From a virus (taxonomy: Duplodnaviria > Heunggongvirae > Uroviricota > Caudoviricetes): a stretch of DNA of 48,607 nt. The notes beneath the pieces were generated by a model, which was not told where the DNA came from, did not search any database, and saw nothing but the letters and a program-made list of their open reading frames with translations. The first letter of the stretch is position 1; each line of letters begins with the position of its first letter. Below are positions 30,351 through 39,306 of the stretch, one piece after another. The translations under genes were made by a program, and so were the position numbers. The DNA lies in IMG/VR virus record IMGVR_UViG_3300031992_000025, positions 97,932 to 146,538 of that record; one strand, 5' to 3'.

Positions 30351-30578
30351 ATGACTAAAGAAAAATTTTTAGAATTATTAGCTCAAGCAAAAGAAGACGA
30401 AGAAGGTAGATTATATATAGACGGTAAGTATGATAATAAAATCTACTTTGGAACAATAACAACTATTTGTGAAGACATTTTTGATGAGCATGGTTGTGAA
30501 GACGATGAAATTTATGATAGGCATTGGTGGAATGATGACACATTAGAATGCTATATAATAAAAAATGAAAGGAATTAA
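30351..30578 (+). CDS. acidic hypothetical protein
   Basis: 75-aa ORF within the operon. Confidence 0.65.
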   Translation: MTKEKFLELLAQAKEDEEGRLYIDGKYDNKIYFGTITTICEDIFDEHGCEDDEIYDRHWWNDDTLECYIIKNERN

Positions 30579-30580
30579 TT

Positions 30581-31726
30581 ATGGCGAGTATTAAAGATGT
30601 TGTTAAACAATTAAATAAAGATTATAAAGATGATAACTTAGCTATTATCAGCAATATTAGACCAGAATATAAGAGATTAGCTTCTGGCGCATTAGGCATG
30701 GACTATGTTTTATTTGGTGGTCTTCCAGAAGGTAGACTTTGTGTTTATTCAGGACTTCCACATTCAGGTAAAACAACTGCTGCCTGCGCTGAATTAGGTG
30801 CTTATCAAAGAAAATATCCAGAAAAGACCTGTGTTTACGTTGATGTTGAGCACTCGTTAGACCTTAAATTCCAAGCTTTAATGAATGGTATTGATTTATC
30901 TAAACTTTACTATGTTAGCCCAAATGGCTTATCTGGTCAACAAGTATTAGATATGATCATTGAATTCCAAAAAGCTGACGATATTGGTATGATTATTTTG
31001 GACTCACTTCCAGCACTAATTCCAGCTGCTGTTTTAGAAAATGATTTAACTAAAGACTCTGGTATGAGAGCAACTATGGCTAAACCTTTATACCCATTCT
31101 GCGCTTCTATGGCAGATATGGTTGCAGCTAAAGGTAATATCTTAATTATGATTAACCAAGTCAGAGATGATGGTAAGACATTCACCGGTATTCAAAAATG
31201 GAAAGAGCCATGTGGTGGTGCTCCTGGATTCTATTCTTCAGTATCTGTTAGATTTGGTACAAGAAAATGGGTTCAAGGCGACAATATGGACGCTTGTGGT
31301 TCAACTAATGGTGAAGGTGCTGACGGTTTCAGACTTCAATTCAAAATTATGAAGAATAAAACAGCTCCATGTAATAGAGGTGGTGGTTTCATCACTTATA
31401 GATATGCTACTGGTTTAGACTGGGTTAATGACTTACTTGAAATTGCCTTAGCTTTTGACTTTATTCACAGAGTTAATAACGTCACTTATGAATTAATTAA
31501 TTTAGAAACTGGTGAGTTATATTCTGATGAAAATGGCACTCCATTAAGAGGTAAGAAACAAGACTTAATTGATTATATTAAATCAAATATTGCTTTCCAA
31601 AATGAATATCTTGCCATGTTAAATAGATATATTGGTGCTTCTGATGATACTTATGGTTCACTTCTTGATGAACGTGCAGCAGCTGAAATTGATAATCAAG
31701 AAGCAGTTGTTGAGGTTTCTGAATAA
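30581..31726 (+). CDS. recA: RecA-family recombinase
   Basis: GLPHSGKT, VDVEHSLD, IILDSLPAL, INQVR, GG..F and KNKTAP motifs. Confidence 0.92.
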   Translation: MASIKDVVKQLNKDYKDDNLAIISNIRPEYKRLASGALGMDYVLFGGLPEGRLCVYSGLPHSGKTTAACAELGAYQRKYPEKTCVYVDVEHSLDLKFQALMNGIDLSKLYYVSPNGLSGQQVLDMIIEFQKADDIGMIILDSLPALIPAAVLENDLTKDSGMRATMAKPLYPFCASMADMVAAKGNILIMINQVRDDGKTFTGIQKWKEPCGGAPGFYSSVSVRFGTRKWVQGDNMDACGSTNGEGADGFRLQFKIMKNKTAPCNRGGGFITYRYATGLDWVNDLLEIALAFDFIHRVNNVTYELINLETGELYSDENGTPLRGKKQDLIDYIKSNIAFQNEYLAMLNRYIGASDDTYGSLLDERAAAEIDNQEAVVEVSE

Positions 31727-31929
31727 TGTATACAACAGGCTTGACTGAACAAGAAAAAGAAAGCTTAATCAAATATATTTGTACTCAAGGTAGACTTGTT
31801 ATAAAAGATGGGCATAAAGTATTTGAATTCTTTAATACAGAGCTAGATGTAGAAAGTCAATTTACTGCTGGCCATTTATTAGCAAAAGCTATGCATAATA
31901 TTTTTAATCAACTAAATGGGGTAGAATAA
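31726..31929 (+). CDS. hypothetical protein
   Basis: TAATG-coupled 67-aa ORF. Confidence 0.65.
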   Translation: MYTTGLTEQEKESLIKYICTQGRLVIKDGHKVFEFFNTELDVESQFTAGHLLAKAMHNIFNQLNGVE

Positions 31930-32303
31930 TGGCTATTGGTCATAAAGAAAGAATTAAAGAAGGTCAGAAACCAACTCCTACAAGAGTCTATTCAAAAAAA
32001 CAAGAAACTGCTATTGCTAAGGCTACTGGTGGACAAAGGACTCCAAATAGTGGTGCAACTACCTGGTCCAAGGGTGATGTATTAACAGAGCAATTCTTGT
32101 TAGAAGCAAAAACTAAAACGACCCATTCTGATTCAATTAAGATCAACAAAGAATGGTTTGAGAAAAATAAACAAGAAATGGCGTTTATGGGAAAACCACA
32201 TTCTGCCATTGTCTTCAATTTTGGCCCAGGTGAAGAGAATCATTATATAATTGATGAATACCTTTTCTTGGAATTATTAGAATATTTAAAAGATAAAGAA
32301 TAA
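31929..32303 (+). CDS. PD-(D/E)xK resolvase-like nuclease
   Basis: SKKQE..IAK..GG.RTPNSGA..KGDV..LLEAKT motifs. Confidence 0.75.
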   Translation: MAIGHKERIKEGQKPTPTRVYSKKQETAIAKATGGQRTPNSGATTWSKGDVLTEQFLLEAKTKTTHSDSIKINKEWFEKNKQEMAFMGKPHSAIVFNFGPGEENHYIIDEYLFLELLEYLKDKE

Positions 32304-32322
32304 CGATAAAACTAATAAAAAT

Positions 32323-32355
32323 GGGCCAAAACACTGGCCCTTTTATTGTATAATA
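32323..32355 (+). terminator. terminator hairpin fused to a TTGTATAATA promoter
   Basis: GGGCCA-AAACAC-TGGCCC-TTTT-ATTGTATAATA. Confidence 0.7.
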
Positions 32356-32367
32356 TAAAGTAGAAAT

Positions 32368-32730
32368 ATGCGAGATCTTATTAGAAACCAATTAAAACAA
32401 TGTAATTATGCGGACTTATCACACTTTGATGAGACGACAGGTGTTTTTAATATTCCAAAATATTCTAAACCAAAGTTTGATATTGGTAAAATGTATATTA
32501 TTCAGGTTGCTAATGAATTAGTAGACAATAATAATTCAGTAATAGCAGCAAATTGGAACAGCGGAACTTCACCAAAAAGTCCATTTTTAAAAATATACGT
32601 TTCTAAAATGGTTGGAAAAATGATATATGTAGATAGTTTGGTATTCAACATGGAAACTAAATCTGATACGAGTATCATGTGGTCTGGCTGGCTTCCAACT
32701 GAACAAATTACACAAATAGCCACATTTTAA
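32368..32730 (+). CDS. hypothetical protein
   Basis: 120-aa ORF after the promoter. Confidence 0.7.
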   Translation: MRDLIRNQLKQCNYADLSHFDETTGVFNIPKYSKPKFDIGKMYIIQVANELVDNNNSVIAANWNSGTSPKSPFLKIYVSKMVGKMIYVDSLVFNMETKSDTSIMWSGWLPTEQITQIATF

Positions 32731-32741
32731 GGAGAACTATT

Positions 32742-33755
32742 ATGGGACAATCATTAGCTGTTAAATATCGTCCAAAAACACTTGAAGATGTCTGTGGACA
32801 AAGTATTACCGTTAAAATCTTAGAGAAAGCAATCGAGCAAAAGAATTTTAAACATGCTTATCTTTTTGCTGGTGATTCTGGGTGTGGTAAAACAACCTGT
32901 GCTCGTGCATTTGCTAATGCTATTAATCAAGGCTTAGGCCAACCTATTGAATTAGACGCCGCAAGCCAACGTGATATTGAAACAATTAGAGCTATTACAA
33001 ACTCAGCTAATGAAAGAAGTTTAGATAGTGAATATAAAGTATTTATCATTGATGAATGTCAATCTTATACAATTGTTCAATGGCAAGCATTTTTAAAAGC
33101 TATTGAAGAAACTCCTGAATATGCTATTTTCATGTTTTGCACGACTGAGCCAAATAAGCTTCCAGCCACAATCTTAAACCGTATTCAACGTTATAATATT
33201 ACAAAAATTGACGCTGAAACCATTAAGAATAGACTAATTTATATTTGTGAGCAAGAAGGCTTTACTAATTATGAAGCAACTTGTGATTTAATTAGCAAGA
33301 TTTCTAATGGTTGTATGCGTGATGCTATTATGAAGCTTGAACAATGCTCTAATTATTCAAAAGATCTTAGCCCAGAAAATGCTAAGCTTATTTTGGCAGA
33401 TATTTCTTATGAAGCAATGTTTAGATTAACTGTTGCTTTACAAGATAAGCAAGAAAACCAAGTTTTAGAGATTATTGAAAAGCTCTATAATAGTGGCAAT
33501 GATTTAAAGACATTTATTAATTCATATTTAGAATTCATTTTAGATTTAACTAAATATATTTTATTCAAAAATATGCAATTAACTAACATTCCTGCTTACT
33601 TAGAGCCAGCTGTTAAGCAAACCATTCAAATTAATGATAGCTTAAACTGGTTTAAGGCTTTTGCTGACTTACTACTTAACATCAAAACTGAAATTAAATA
33701 TGATACTTCTTATAAGTCAACAATTGAAGCATACTTATTGAGGGCCTGTAGATAA
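32742..33755 (+). CDS. dnaX: clamp loader ATPase, DnaX gamma/tau-like
   Basis: LAVKYRP..EDVCGQ, HAYLFAGDSGCGKTT, IELDAAS, KVFIIDE, FLKAIEE and MRDA motifs. Confidence 0.88.
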   Translation: MGQSLAVKYRPKTLEDVCGQSITVKILEKAIEQKNFKHAYLFAGDSGCGKTTCARAFANAINQGLGQPIELDAASQRDIETIRAITNSANERSLDSEYKVFIIDECQSYTIVQWQAFLKAIEETPEYAIFMFCTTEPNKLPATILNRIQRYNITKIDAETIKNRLIYICEQEGFTNYEATCDLISKISNGCMRDAIMKLEQCSNYSKDLSPENAKLILADISYEAMFRLTVALQDKQENQVLEIIEKLYNSGNDLKTFINSYLEFILDLTKYILFKNMQLTNIPAYLEPAVKQTIQINDSLNWFKAFADLLLNIKTEIKYDTSYKSTIEAYLLRACR

Positions 33756-34555
33756 TGAATTTAGTTATCGGACAAGAAAAATTAGTTAAAGCTTTAGAAG
33801 GCTATACTTTAGAGACCGCCCCTAAAACCATATTATTTTTGGGACAAAGTGGTTGTGGTAAATCTTGGATCGCCAATGCTTTTGCTAAACAATTAGATTT
33901 AGAAGTTGTTTTAGTAAAGCCTGATTCTACAGCTGAAAAACTTATTGAATATTACCAATGTCCAATTAATAAGATGTATTTAATTGATTTAAAAGACATT
34001 GCCGAAAAAGACCAAAATAAGTTTTTAAAGTTTATTGAAGAGCCTTCTAAAACTATGCATATCATCTTAATGGCTGAATCTACGGTTGGAATTTTGCCAA
34101 CTATTTTAAATAGATGTGTTAAGTATGTTTTTGAGCCTTATACTTCAGAGCAATTAAAGCAATTTGATTGGGCTGTAAATTGTAGTGAAGAAATAGCTTA
34201 TGAAATATGTAAAACACCTGGTCAATTATTAGAGCTTTCTGCTGATAACTTAGATCAAGCTCTTAATTTATGTAGAGCAGTTATAGGGTCAATAGATAGA
34301 GCAAATTATGCAAACACATTAAGTATCATTACTAAGATTAATGTTAAAGATGACGCCAAAAAAATTGACTTTAAGTTATTCTTTGACTTAATGACTTATG
34401 CTGCATTTGATGACTATAAGAAAAACAATAATGAATTAAGTTTTAAGATCTATTTATATACTATTAGACAACAAGCAAAAGCATTAAATGTCAATGTTGC
34501 AAAAGAAGCATTTTTATTAAACTATTTAGATAATATTTGGAGGTTAGCAAGATAA
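33755..34555 (+). CDS. clamp loader delta-prime (HolB)-like subunit
   Basis: IGQE, GQSGCGKS, FLKFIEEP, ILPTILNRC and TPGQ motifs. Confidence 0.75.
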   Translation: MNLVIGQEKLVKALEGYTLETAPKTILFLGQSGCGKSWIANAFAKQLDLEVVLVKPDSTAEKLIEYYQCPINKMYLIDLKDIAEKDQNKFLKFIEEPSKTMHIILMAESTVGILPTILNRCVKYVFEPYTSEQLKQFDWAVNCSEEIAYEICKTPGQLLELSADNLDQALNLCRAVIGSIDRANYANTLSIITKINVKDDAKKIDFKLFFDLMTYAAFDDYKKNNNELSFKIYLYTIRQQAKALNVNVAKEAFLLNYLDNIWRLAR

Positions 34556-35454
34556 TGACTTTAATTGATTTAAAGAAAAGTATTGAAGCTCAAAATATTC
34601 CAGATGATTTTATTATCTTTCTTTGTAGTGAAAATAGTTTCATTGCAGACCAATACGTTGATGCTATTTGTGAAATAAACAATTTAGTTAAAACCAGAAT
34701 TAATACACTTCAAGACCAGGCTTCTGCTTTATCATTAGTCTTAGGTTCAACTGATGAATTGAAAGTCATGAAAGTTGATACCTTTGAAGAGGTTTTAATT
34801 GATTATTCAAGCTTAAAAAATACAATAGTTATTTGTAATAAAATAGATAAAAAAGTCAAGCCATTGGTAGAAGACTATATCATTGAAATTGCCAAATTGG
34901 CAGATTGGCAAACTAAATCATATATCAAACTTATTTGCCCTGTTTTAAATGACGATGAATTAGACTGGCTATATCAAGCTACAAATGGCGATGTCTATAA
35001 AATGATAAATGAAGTAGACAAGATTAAGTTATTTCCAGTTCCAGAGCAAAAGTCAGTTTTAGATGCTATTAGATTTAGTCCGGACAGTGATCTATATTCA
35101 GTTAGTATTTTTGATTTAGCTGATGCAATTATTAGAAATAATAAGCCTTTTGTATTAGAATTCTTGAAACATGAAAATTTGAATTTTGATTTAATGCAAA
35201 TAGTTGGAGCTACACTACAGAAAGTTAAAAATATTATCTTAGTAACTCAAAACAGTGGTAAAACAGCCTCTGAAATTGGCATTAATGATAAATATATGTA
35301 TCGATTAAGAAAAGACTGGAGTAGCTTCCCAGAGAGCCGTTTAAAGATGCTATTGGAGTTTCTATCAAGTATTGATTTAAAGCTCAAAACAGGCGTGTTA
35401 GATATGTCTAAAGAAGCACAAATAGATTACTTAATTGCAAATACAATTTTATAA
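34555..35454 (+). CDS. clamp loader delta (HolA)-like subunit
   Basis: L..LY....GD...MINEVDKIKL and SIFDLADAI motifs; follows dnaX and holB-like genes. Confidence 0.7.
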   Translation: MTLIDLKKSIEAQNIPDDFIIFLCSENSFIADQYVDAICEINNLVKTRINTLQDQASALSLVLGSTDELKVMKVDTFEEVLIDYSSLKNTIVICNKIDKKVKPLVEDYIIEIAKLADWQTKSYIKLICPVLNDDELDWLYQATNGDVYKMINEVDKIKLFPVPEQKSVLDAIRFSPDSDLYSVSIFDLADAIIRNNKPFVLEFLKHENLNFDLMQIVGATLQKVKNIILVTQNSGKTASEIGINDKYMYRLRKDWSSFPESRLKMLLEFLSSIDLKLKTGVLDMSKEAQIDYLIANTIL

Positions 35455-35464
35455 GGAGATTACT

Positions 35465-36388
35465 ATGGCAGCAAATAACAAAATGTCTTATTCAAAAATG
35501 GACTGCTACAAACAATGTGGCTGGAAATTTTTACTTCAATATATTGAAGGTCCATATATTAGCACTCCTGGTATTGCATTAGATGTTGGAACTATGATTC
35601 ATGATACTGAAGAAAAAATTGCTAATGCTATTAAAGATGGCCTTCCAATTGATTACGTTGCTCTTAAAAATAATATTATTGTAAAGACAATAGAAATTGA
35701 GCATAAGTTTCCAAAAGACTTTTTAGAAAAAGACAAGACTGACAGACTCTATAAAGAAAAGATTTATGAATATCTTGAAAAAGGTATTTATCGTCTTGAA
35801 ACCTATATGAATGAACACCCAGAGCTTGAAATTGTCGGTGCTGAAATTCCATTTAAATATGATTTAATGGACTTTACTTTCTCAGGCAAAATTGACCGTT
35901 TATTTAGAAACAAAGTTACTAATGAATACATCTGTCAAGATATTAAGACCTGGCCAAAACCAGCTGATGATAAAGACGTTCCAACTCCACTTCAATTTGT
36001 AGTTTATACAAAAGCTATTAAAGAAATGTATGGCGTCTTAAATGAAGAAATCAGTTGTGCATATGATCTTCCATTCTGTAATATGATTCAAGCAGTTGGA
36101 ACAAAAGGCTATATGAACCGTGGTATGAAGAAAATTGAAGAGCTTCTTAATGGAATTAAAAACGGTGAATATAAGCCTAACCCAAGCCCACTCTGCCATT
36201 GGTGCACATATTGTGCTACAAACCCAAATCAACCAAAAGACCCAAATGCACATAATAGATGCCCATATCACTCACTTTGGACCAAAGAAAAAGAAAGCTA
36301 TGCTGTTGCTAACAAGTGGGAAGGTATGGAAAAACACAAAGAAATTTTAGAAAGTTATATTAAAAATGGCCCTAATTTAGCCGTATAA
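35465..36388 (+). CDS. Cas4/AddB-like PD-(D/E)xK exonuclease with Fe-S cysteines
   Basis: SYSKMDCYKQC, SGKIDR, QDIKT, QFVVY and PSPLCHWCTYC motifs. Confidence 0.8.
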   Translation: MAANNKMSYSKMDCYKQCGWKFLLQYIEGPYISTPGIALDVGTMIHDTEEKIANAIKDGLPIDYVALKNNIIVKTIEIEHKFPKDFLEKDKTDRLYKEKIYEYLEKGIYRLETYMNEHPELEIVGAEIPFKYDLMDFTFSGKIDRLFRNKVTNEYICQDIKTWPKPADDKDVPTPLQFVVYTKAIKEMYGVLNEEISCAYDLPFCNMIQAVGTKGYMNRGMKKIEELLNGIKNGEYKPNPSPLCHWCTYCATNPNQPKDPNAHNRCPYHSLWTKEKESYAVANKWEGMEKHKEILESYIKNGPNLAV

Positions 36389-36390
36389 TA
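36381..36390 (+). promoter_or_regulatory. CCGTATAATA promoter variant
   Basis: GTATAATA core overlapping the upstream stop codon. Confidence 0.5.
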
Positions 36391-36405
36391 TAATAAGGTA
36401 TAATT

Positions 36406-37221
36406 ATGCAACAAAATGAAATGTATGATATTATTGTATTAGGTGCCTCACCAGAGGGTATTGCTTTATGCGAATATATTAAAACAAAATCACCTGATAA
36501 GAAGGTTGCGTTAGTTAGTAAGCATTTTAATTTTGTAAAATCTAATAATAAGTTAGCAGATACAAAATTAATTACTGGCACATCAGTATACTCAAGCTTT
36601 AATCATGGGCTGGTTATTTTAACTTTAAAAGACAGTAGTTTAGTTGTTGGTAAAAATTTAGTTATTGCAACCGGAGCTGCTCCAATTAAATCAGGGGCCG
36701 ATAGATTTAAAAATAATAAAAATATTTGTTATAACCCAAGAGAGATTACGGTTAACCCAAAAAATAAACCAGCAGTAGTTTATGGAGATGGTGCTGATGC
36801 AGTTAAATTTGCTTTAACTATCGCTAAAAAATTTAAGTATGTATATCTTTGTAGCTCAGTTTTTAAGCTAGAATGTGATACAAAATTAATCAAAAAATTG
36901 AATGAAGTAGCTAATATTGTTCATTTACCAAATTGTCATATTGTTGGTAGCAAAAATGATAAGGAAGGTAAACTTTGTGAAGTTACTTTAAATACTTATG
37001 ATACAATTAAATGTGTAGCACTTATCTTAGCACTTGGTCGAACACCAGATGTAAATGGGGTAGATCAAAGAATGATTGAATTGGACCAAGATAAATATGC
37101 AGTAATTAATTCGCAACATCAGGTTATAAAAGTACCAAATATTTATGCAATAGGTGAATGCACAAGACACAATACAAAAAGGAGTATAACATTAGTTGGT
37201 AATCAATTACTAGGGAGGTAA
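36406..37221 (+). CDS. degenerate thioredoxin-reductase-like flavoprotein homologue
   Basis: YDIIVLGASPEG, LVIATGAAP, VVYGDGADA, ALGRTP and NIYAIGEC motifs; CxxC is absent. Confidence 0.7.
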   Translation: MQQNEMYDIIVLGASPEGIALCEYIKTKSPDKKVALVSKHFNFVKSNNKLADTKLITGTSVYSSFNHGLVILTLKDSSLVVGKNLVIATGAAPIKSGADRFKNNKNICYNPREITVNPKNKPAVVYGDGADAVKFALTIAKKFKYVYLCSSVFKLECDTKLIKKLNEVANIVHLPNCHIVGSKNDKEGKLCEVTLNTYDTIKCVALILALGRTPDVNGVDQRMIELDQDKYAVINSQHQVIKVPNIYAIGECTRHNTKRSITLVGNQLLGR

Positions 37222-37226
37222 TTTAT

Positions 37227-37790
37227 ATGTTGGACCAAGAAAAAATTTATCAAAATAAACTTAAGTATGTAGAGCTTTTAACAAAATTAAATGTAGATTT
37301 AACTGATTTTTCTAAGTTTTTAGATGCAGTTGATTACTATAATAAGCCAGCTTCTACAACTTATTTTAAAGCTTATCAAGGCGGTCTATGCCAGTATGCT
37401 TTAGACTTATACTATGAACTTGGTCAACTTGCTAATGCGTATGCCCCTGGAAAATATACTGAAGAAGATATTATTAAAGTAGCATTATTTAAAGATTTAT
37501 ATAGAGCTATTCTTTATGAAGAATGCGAAAAAAATGCTATTGTTGATGGTAAATGGCAAACAGTTAAAGGCTATAAATATAAAGAAGACAGGCCAACATT
37601 TGGCGACTTAGGTTTCAGTTCATATATGGTTGCTAAACATTTCTTTGACTTTACAGATGAACAAATTGAGGCGATTACTCAAGCTGATTCAAGAGAGCAG
37701 TATGCTGGTGATATTCATGACATTCTAAGGAGCTACCCATTAGTAACGCTTACTAAAATGGCAGACCTTGCTGCTCAATACTTAGACTAA
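37227..37790 (+). CDS. degenerate HD-domain protein
   Basis: PASTTYFKAYQGGLCQYAL and ALFKDL match the PAS..H...GGL..H / LLHD template with the His residues lost. Confidence 0.6.
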   Translation: MLDQEKIYQNKLKYVELLTKLNVDLTDFSKFLDAVDYYNKPASTTYFKAYQGGLCQYALDLYYELGQLANAYAPGKYTEEDIIKVALFKDLYRAILYEECEKNAIVDGKWQTVKGYKYKEDRPTFGDLGFSSYMVAKHFFDFTDEQIEAITQADSREQYAGDIHDILRSYPLVTLTKMADLAAQYLD

Positions 37791-37795
37791 AATAA

Positions 37796-37828
37796 AAGAG
37801 CTTAATGCTCTTTTTTTATTGTATAATA
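37796..37828 (+). terminator. terminator hairpin fused to a TTGTATAATA promoter
   Basis: AAGAGC-TTAAT-GCTCTT-T tract-ATTGTATAATA. Confidence 0.7.
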
Positions 37829-37835
37829 TAAATGT

Positions 37836-38867
37836 ATGAAAGTTTTAATATATACAGATCCGCACTTTTGCGAAAAGTTTTCCATCATTACTAAGATGGG
37901 AGACAAATATACTACTCGTTTAGAGAATCAAATTAAATCAATTAATTGGGCTGAAAATTTAGCTTATGAGAAAGGCTGCCAATATGTTATTTGTGCTGGT
38001 GACTTTTTTGATAAAGCCAACTTGACTCAACAAGAATTGACTGCTCTAAACGATATTCAATGGGCACCAATGTGCGCTCATTATTTCTTAGTCGGCAATC
38101 ATGAAAGTGAAGAAAACGATTTACACTATAATTCAACTGAGGTCTTACAACAAGATCGTAGAAGTAATTTTATTGTTGCTGAACCAAGACTTTTAGAAGA
38201 GCCTGGTTTTGAGCTTGCTTTCTTACCTTATATTACAGAAGCAAGAAGACAAGAAGCTAAAGATTATTTCCCAGAGCCAAAAGCTAAAAGACTATTAATT
38301 TCACACAATGACCTATTTGGAATTCAAATGGGTCCGGCTATTTCTACCGTTGGTTTTAAGCCAGAAGACTTAGCATCTATTTGTGATTTATGTGTTAATG
38401 GCCACTTACATAATGGTGTAAAGATTAATGAAAAAGTTATTAATCTTGGCAATTTAACAGGCAAAGACTTTGGTGAAGATGCTTTTAGATATAAGCATAA
38501 TGTAATGTTAGTTGACACCGATACAATGACATATGAGCTTATTGAAAACCCATATGCATTCAACTTTTATAAAATTGAAATTAACACAAAAGCAGATTTA
38601 GCTATTTTAAATAGATTATCTAGCAATGCAGTTGTTTCAATTAAATGCAGAGATACTATAGTAGCTGAATTAAAAGAGCTTATTATAACGCTACCAAATA
38701 TTGTCGAGTCTCGAATTGTAATTACAAGAGAAGTTGCTAATGGTGAAACTGCCGAAGACATCACAGACCTAACTGTAGACCAATATGTCAAGTTTGCTGA
38801 ATGCTGCAGAGAGAAGCTCGAAAATAATGCTATTCTTGAAGAAGAGCTCTCTGAAATACTAAAATAG
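37836..38867 (+). CDS. SbcD/Mre11-like metallophosphoesterase nuclease
   Basis: YTDPH, AGDFFD, VGNHE, ISHND and NGHLH motifs. Confidence 0.88.
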   Translation: MKVLIYTDPHFCEKFSIITKMGDKYTTRLENQIKSINWAENLAYEKGCQYVICAGDFFDKANLTQQELTALNDIQWAPMCAHYFLVGNHESEENDLHYNSTEVLQQDRRSNFIVAEPRLLEEPGFELAFLPYITEARRQEAKDYFPEPKAKRLLISHNDLFGIQMGPAISTVGFKPEDLASICDLCVNGHLHNGVKINEKVINLGNLTGKDFGEDAFRYKHNVMLVDTDTMTYELIENPYAFNFYKIEINTKADLAILNRLSSNAVVSIKCRDTIVAELKELIITLPNIVESRIVITREVANGETAEDITDLTVDQYVKFAECCREKLENNAILEEELSEILK

Positions 38868-38910
38868 CAAAATTAGATTTTAAAGTATATTATTGTATAA
38901 TATAAAGTAT

Positions 38911-39306
38911 ATGGTAGATTTTAAAATAAAATATAAAAATTTATACAATCAATACAATAAAAAATTATTAGCTGACCATAAAGCTAATTTTTCAGTTTTA
39001 AATAATAATATGAACTATTTTATTACATATTTAAAGCTTTTACGTGATTATTATTTATTAACTGATACACAAGCAGAAAGTGAAGATGAAATTAGTCTTA
39101 AAGCAGCTACTCTCGTTGCAGCTGTTGGTGAGTATGAAAAATATGAATCCTGCATCTGTAAATATTATAAGTCAACAGGTGAAAGACTTATAGAGGGAAC
39201 AGCTGAAGAAATTTCTAAAAAATACAACGACGAAAGAAATTTTCACTGAACAAATTTTTGGCAGTTAGTTATGACAAATATTGAAGGGTGGTCCGTTAAT
39301 GGCTAA
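38911..39306 (+). CDS. hypothetical protein, 131 aa with 1 TGA=Trp
   Basis: Readthrough at TGA 39247 extends the ORF to TAA 39306, overlapping the sbcC-like start. GCAAAATTA (38867) and TTGTATAATA (38893) lie upstream. Confidence 0.6.

Noticed and set aside
35465-36388. Cas4-like gene as evidence of a CRISPR system
   Set aside because: There is no repeat-spacer array or other cas gene; solo Cas4-like nucleases are common in phage replication modules.
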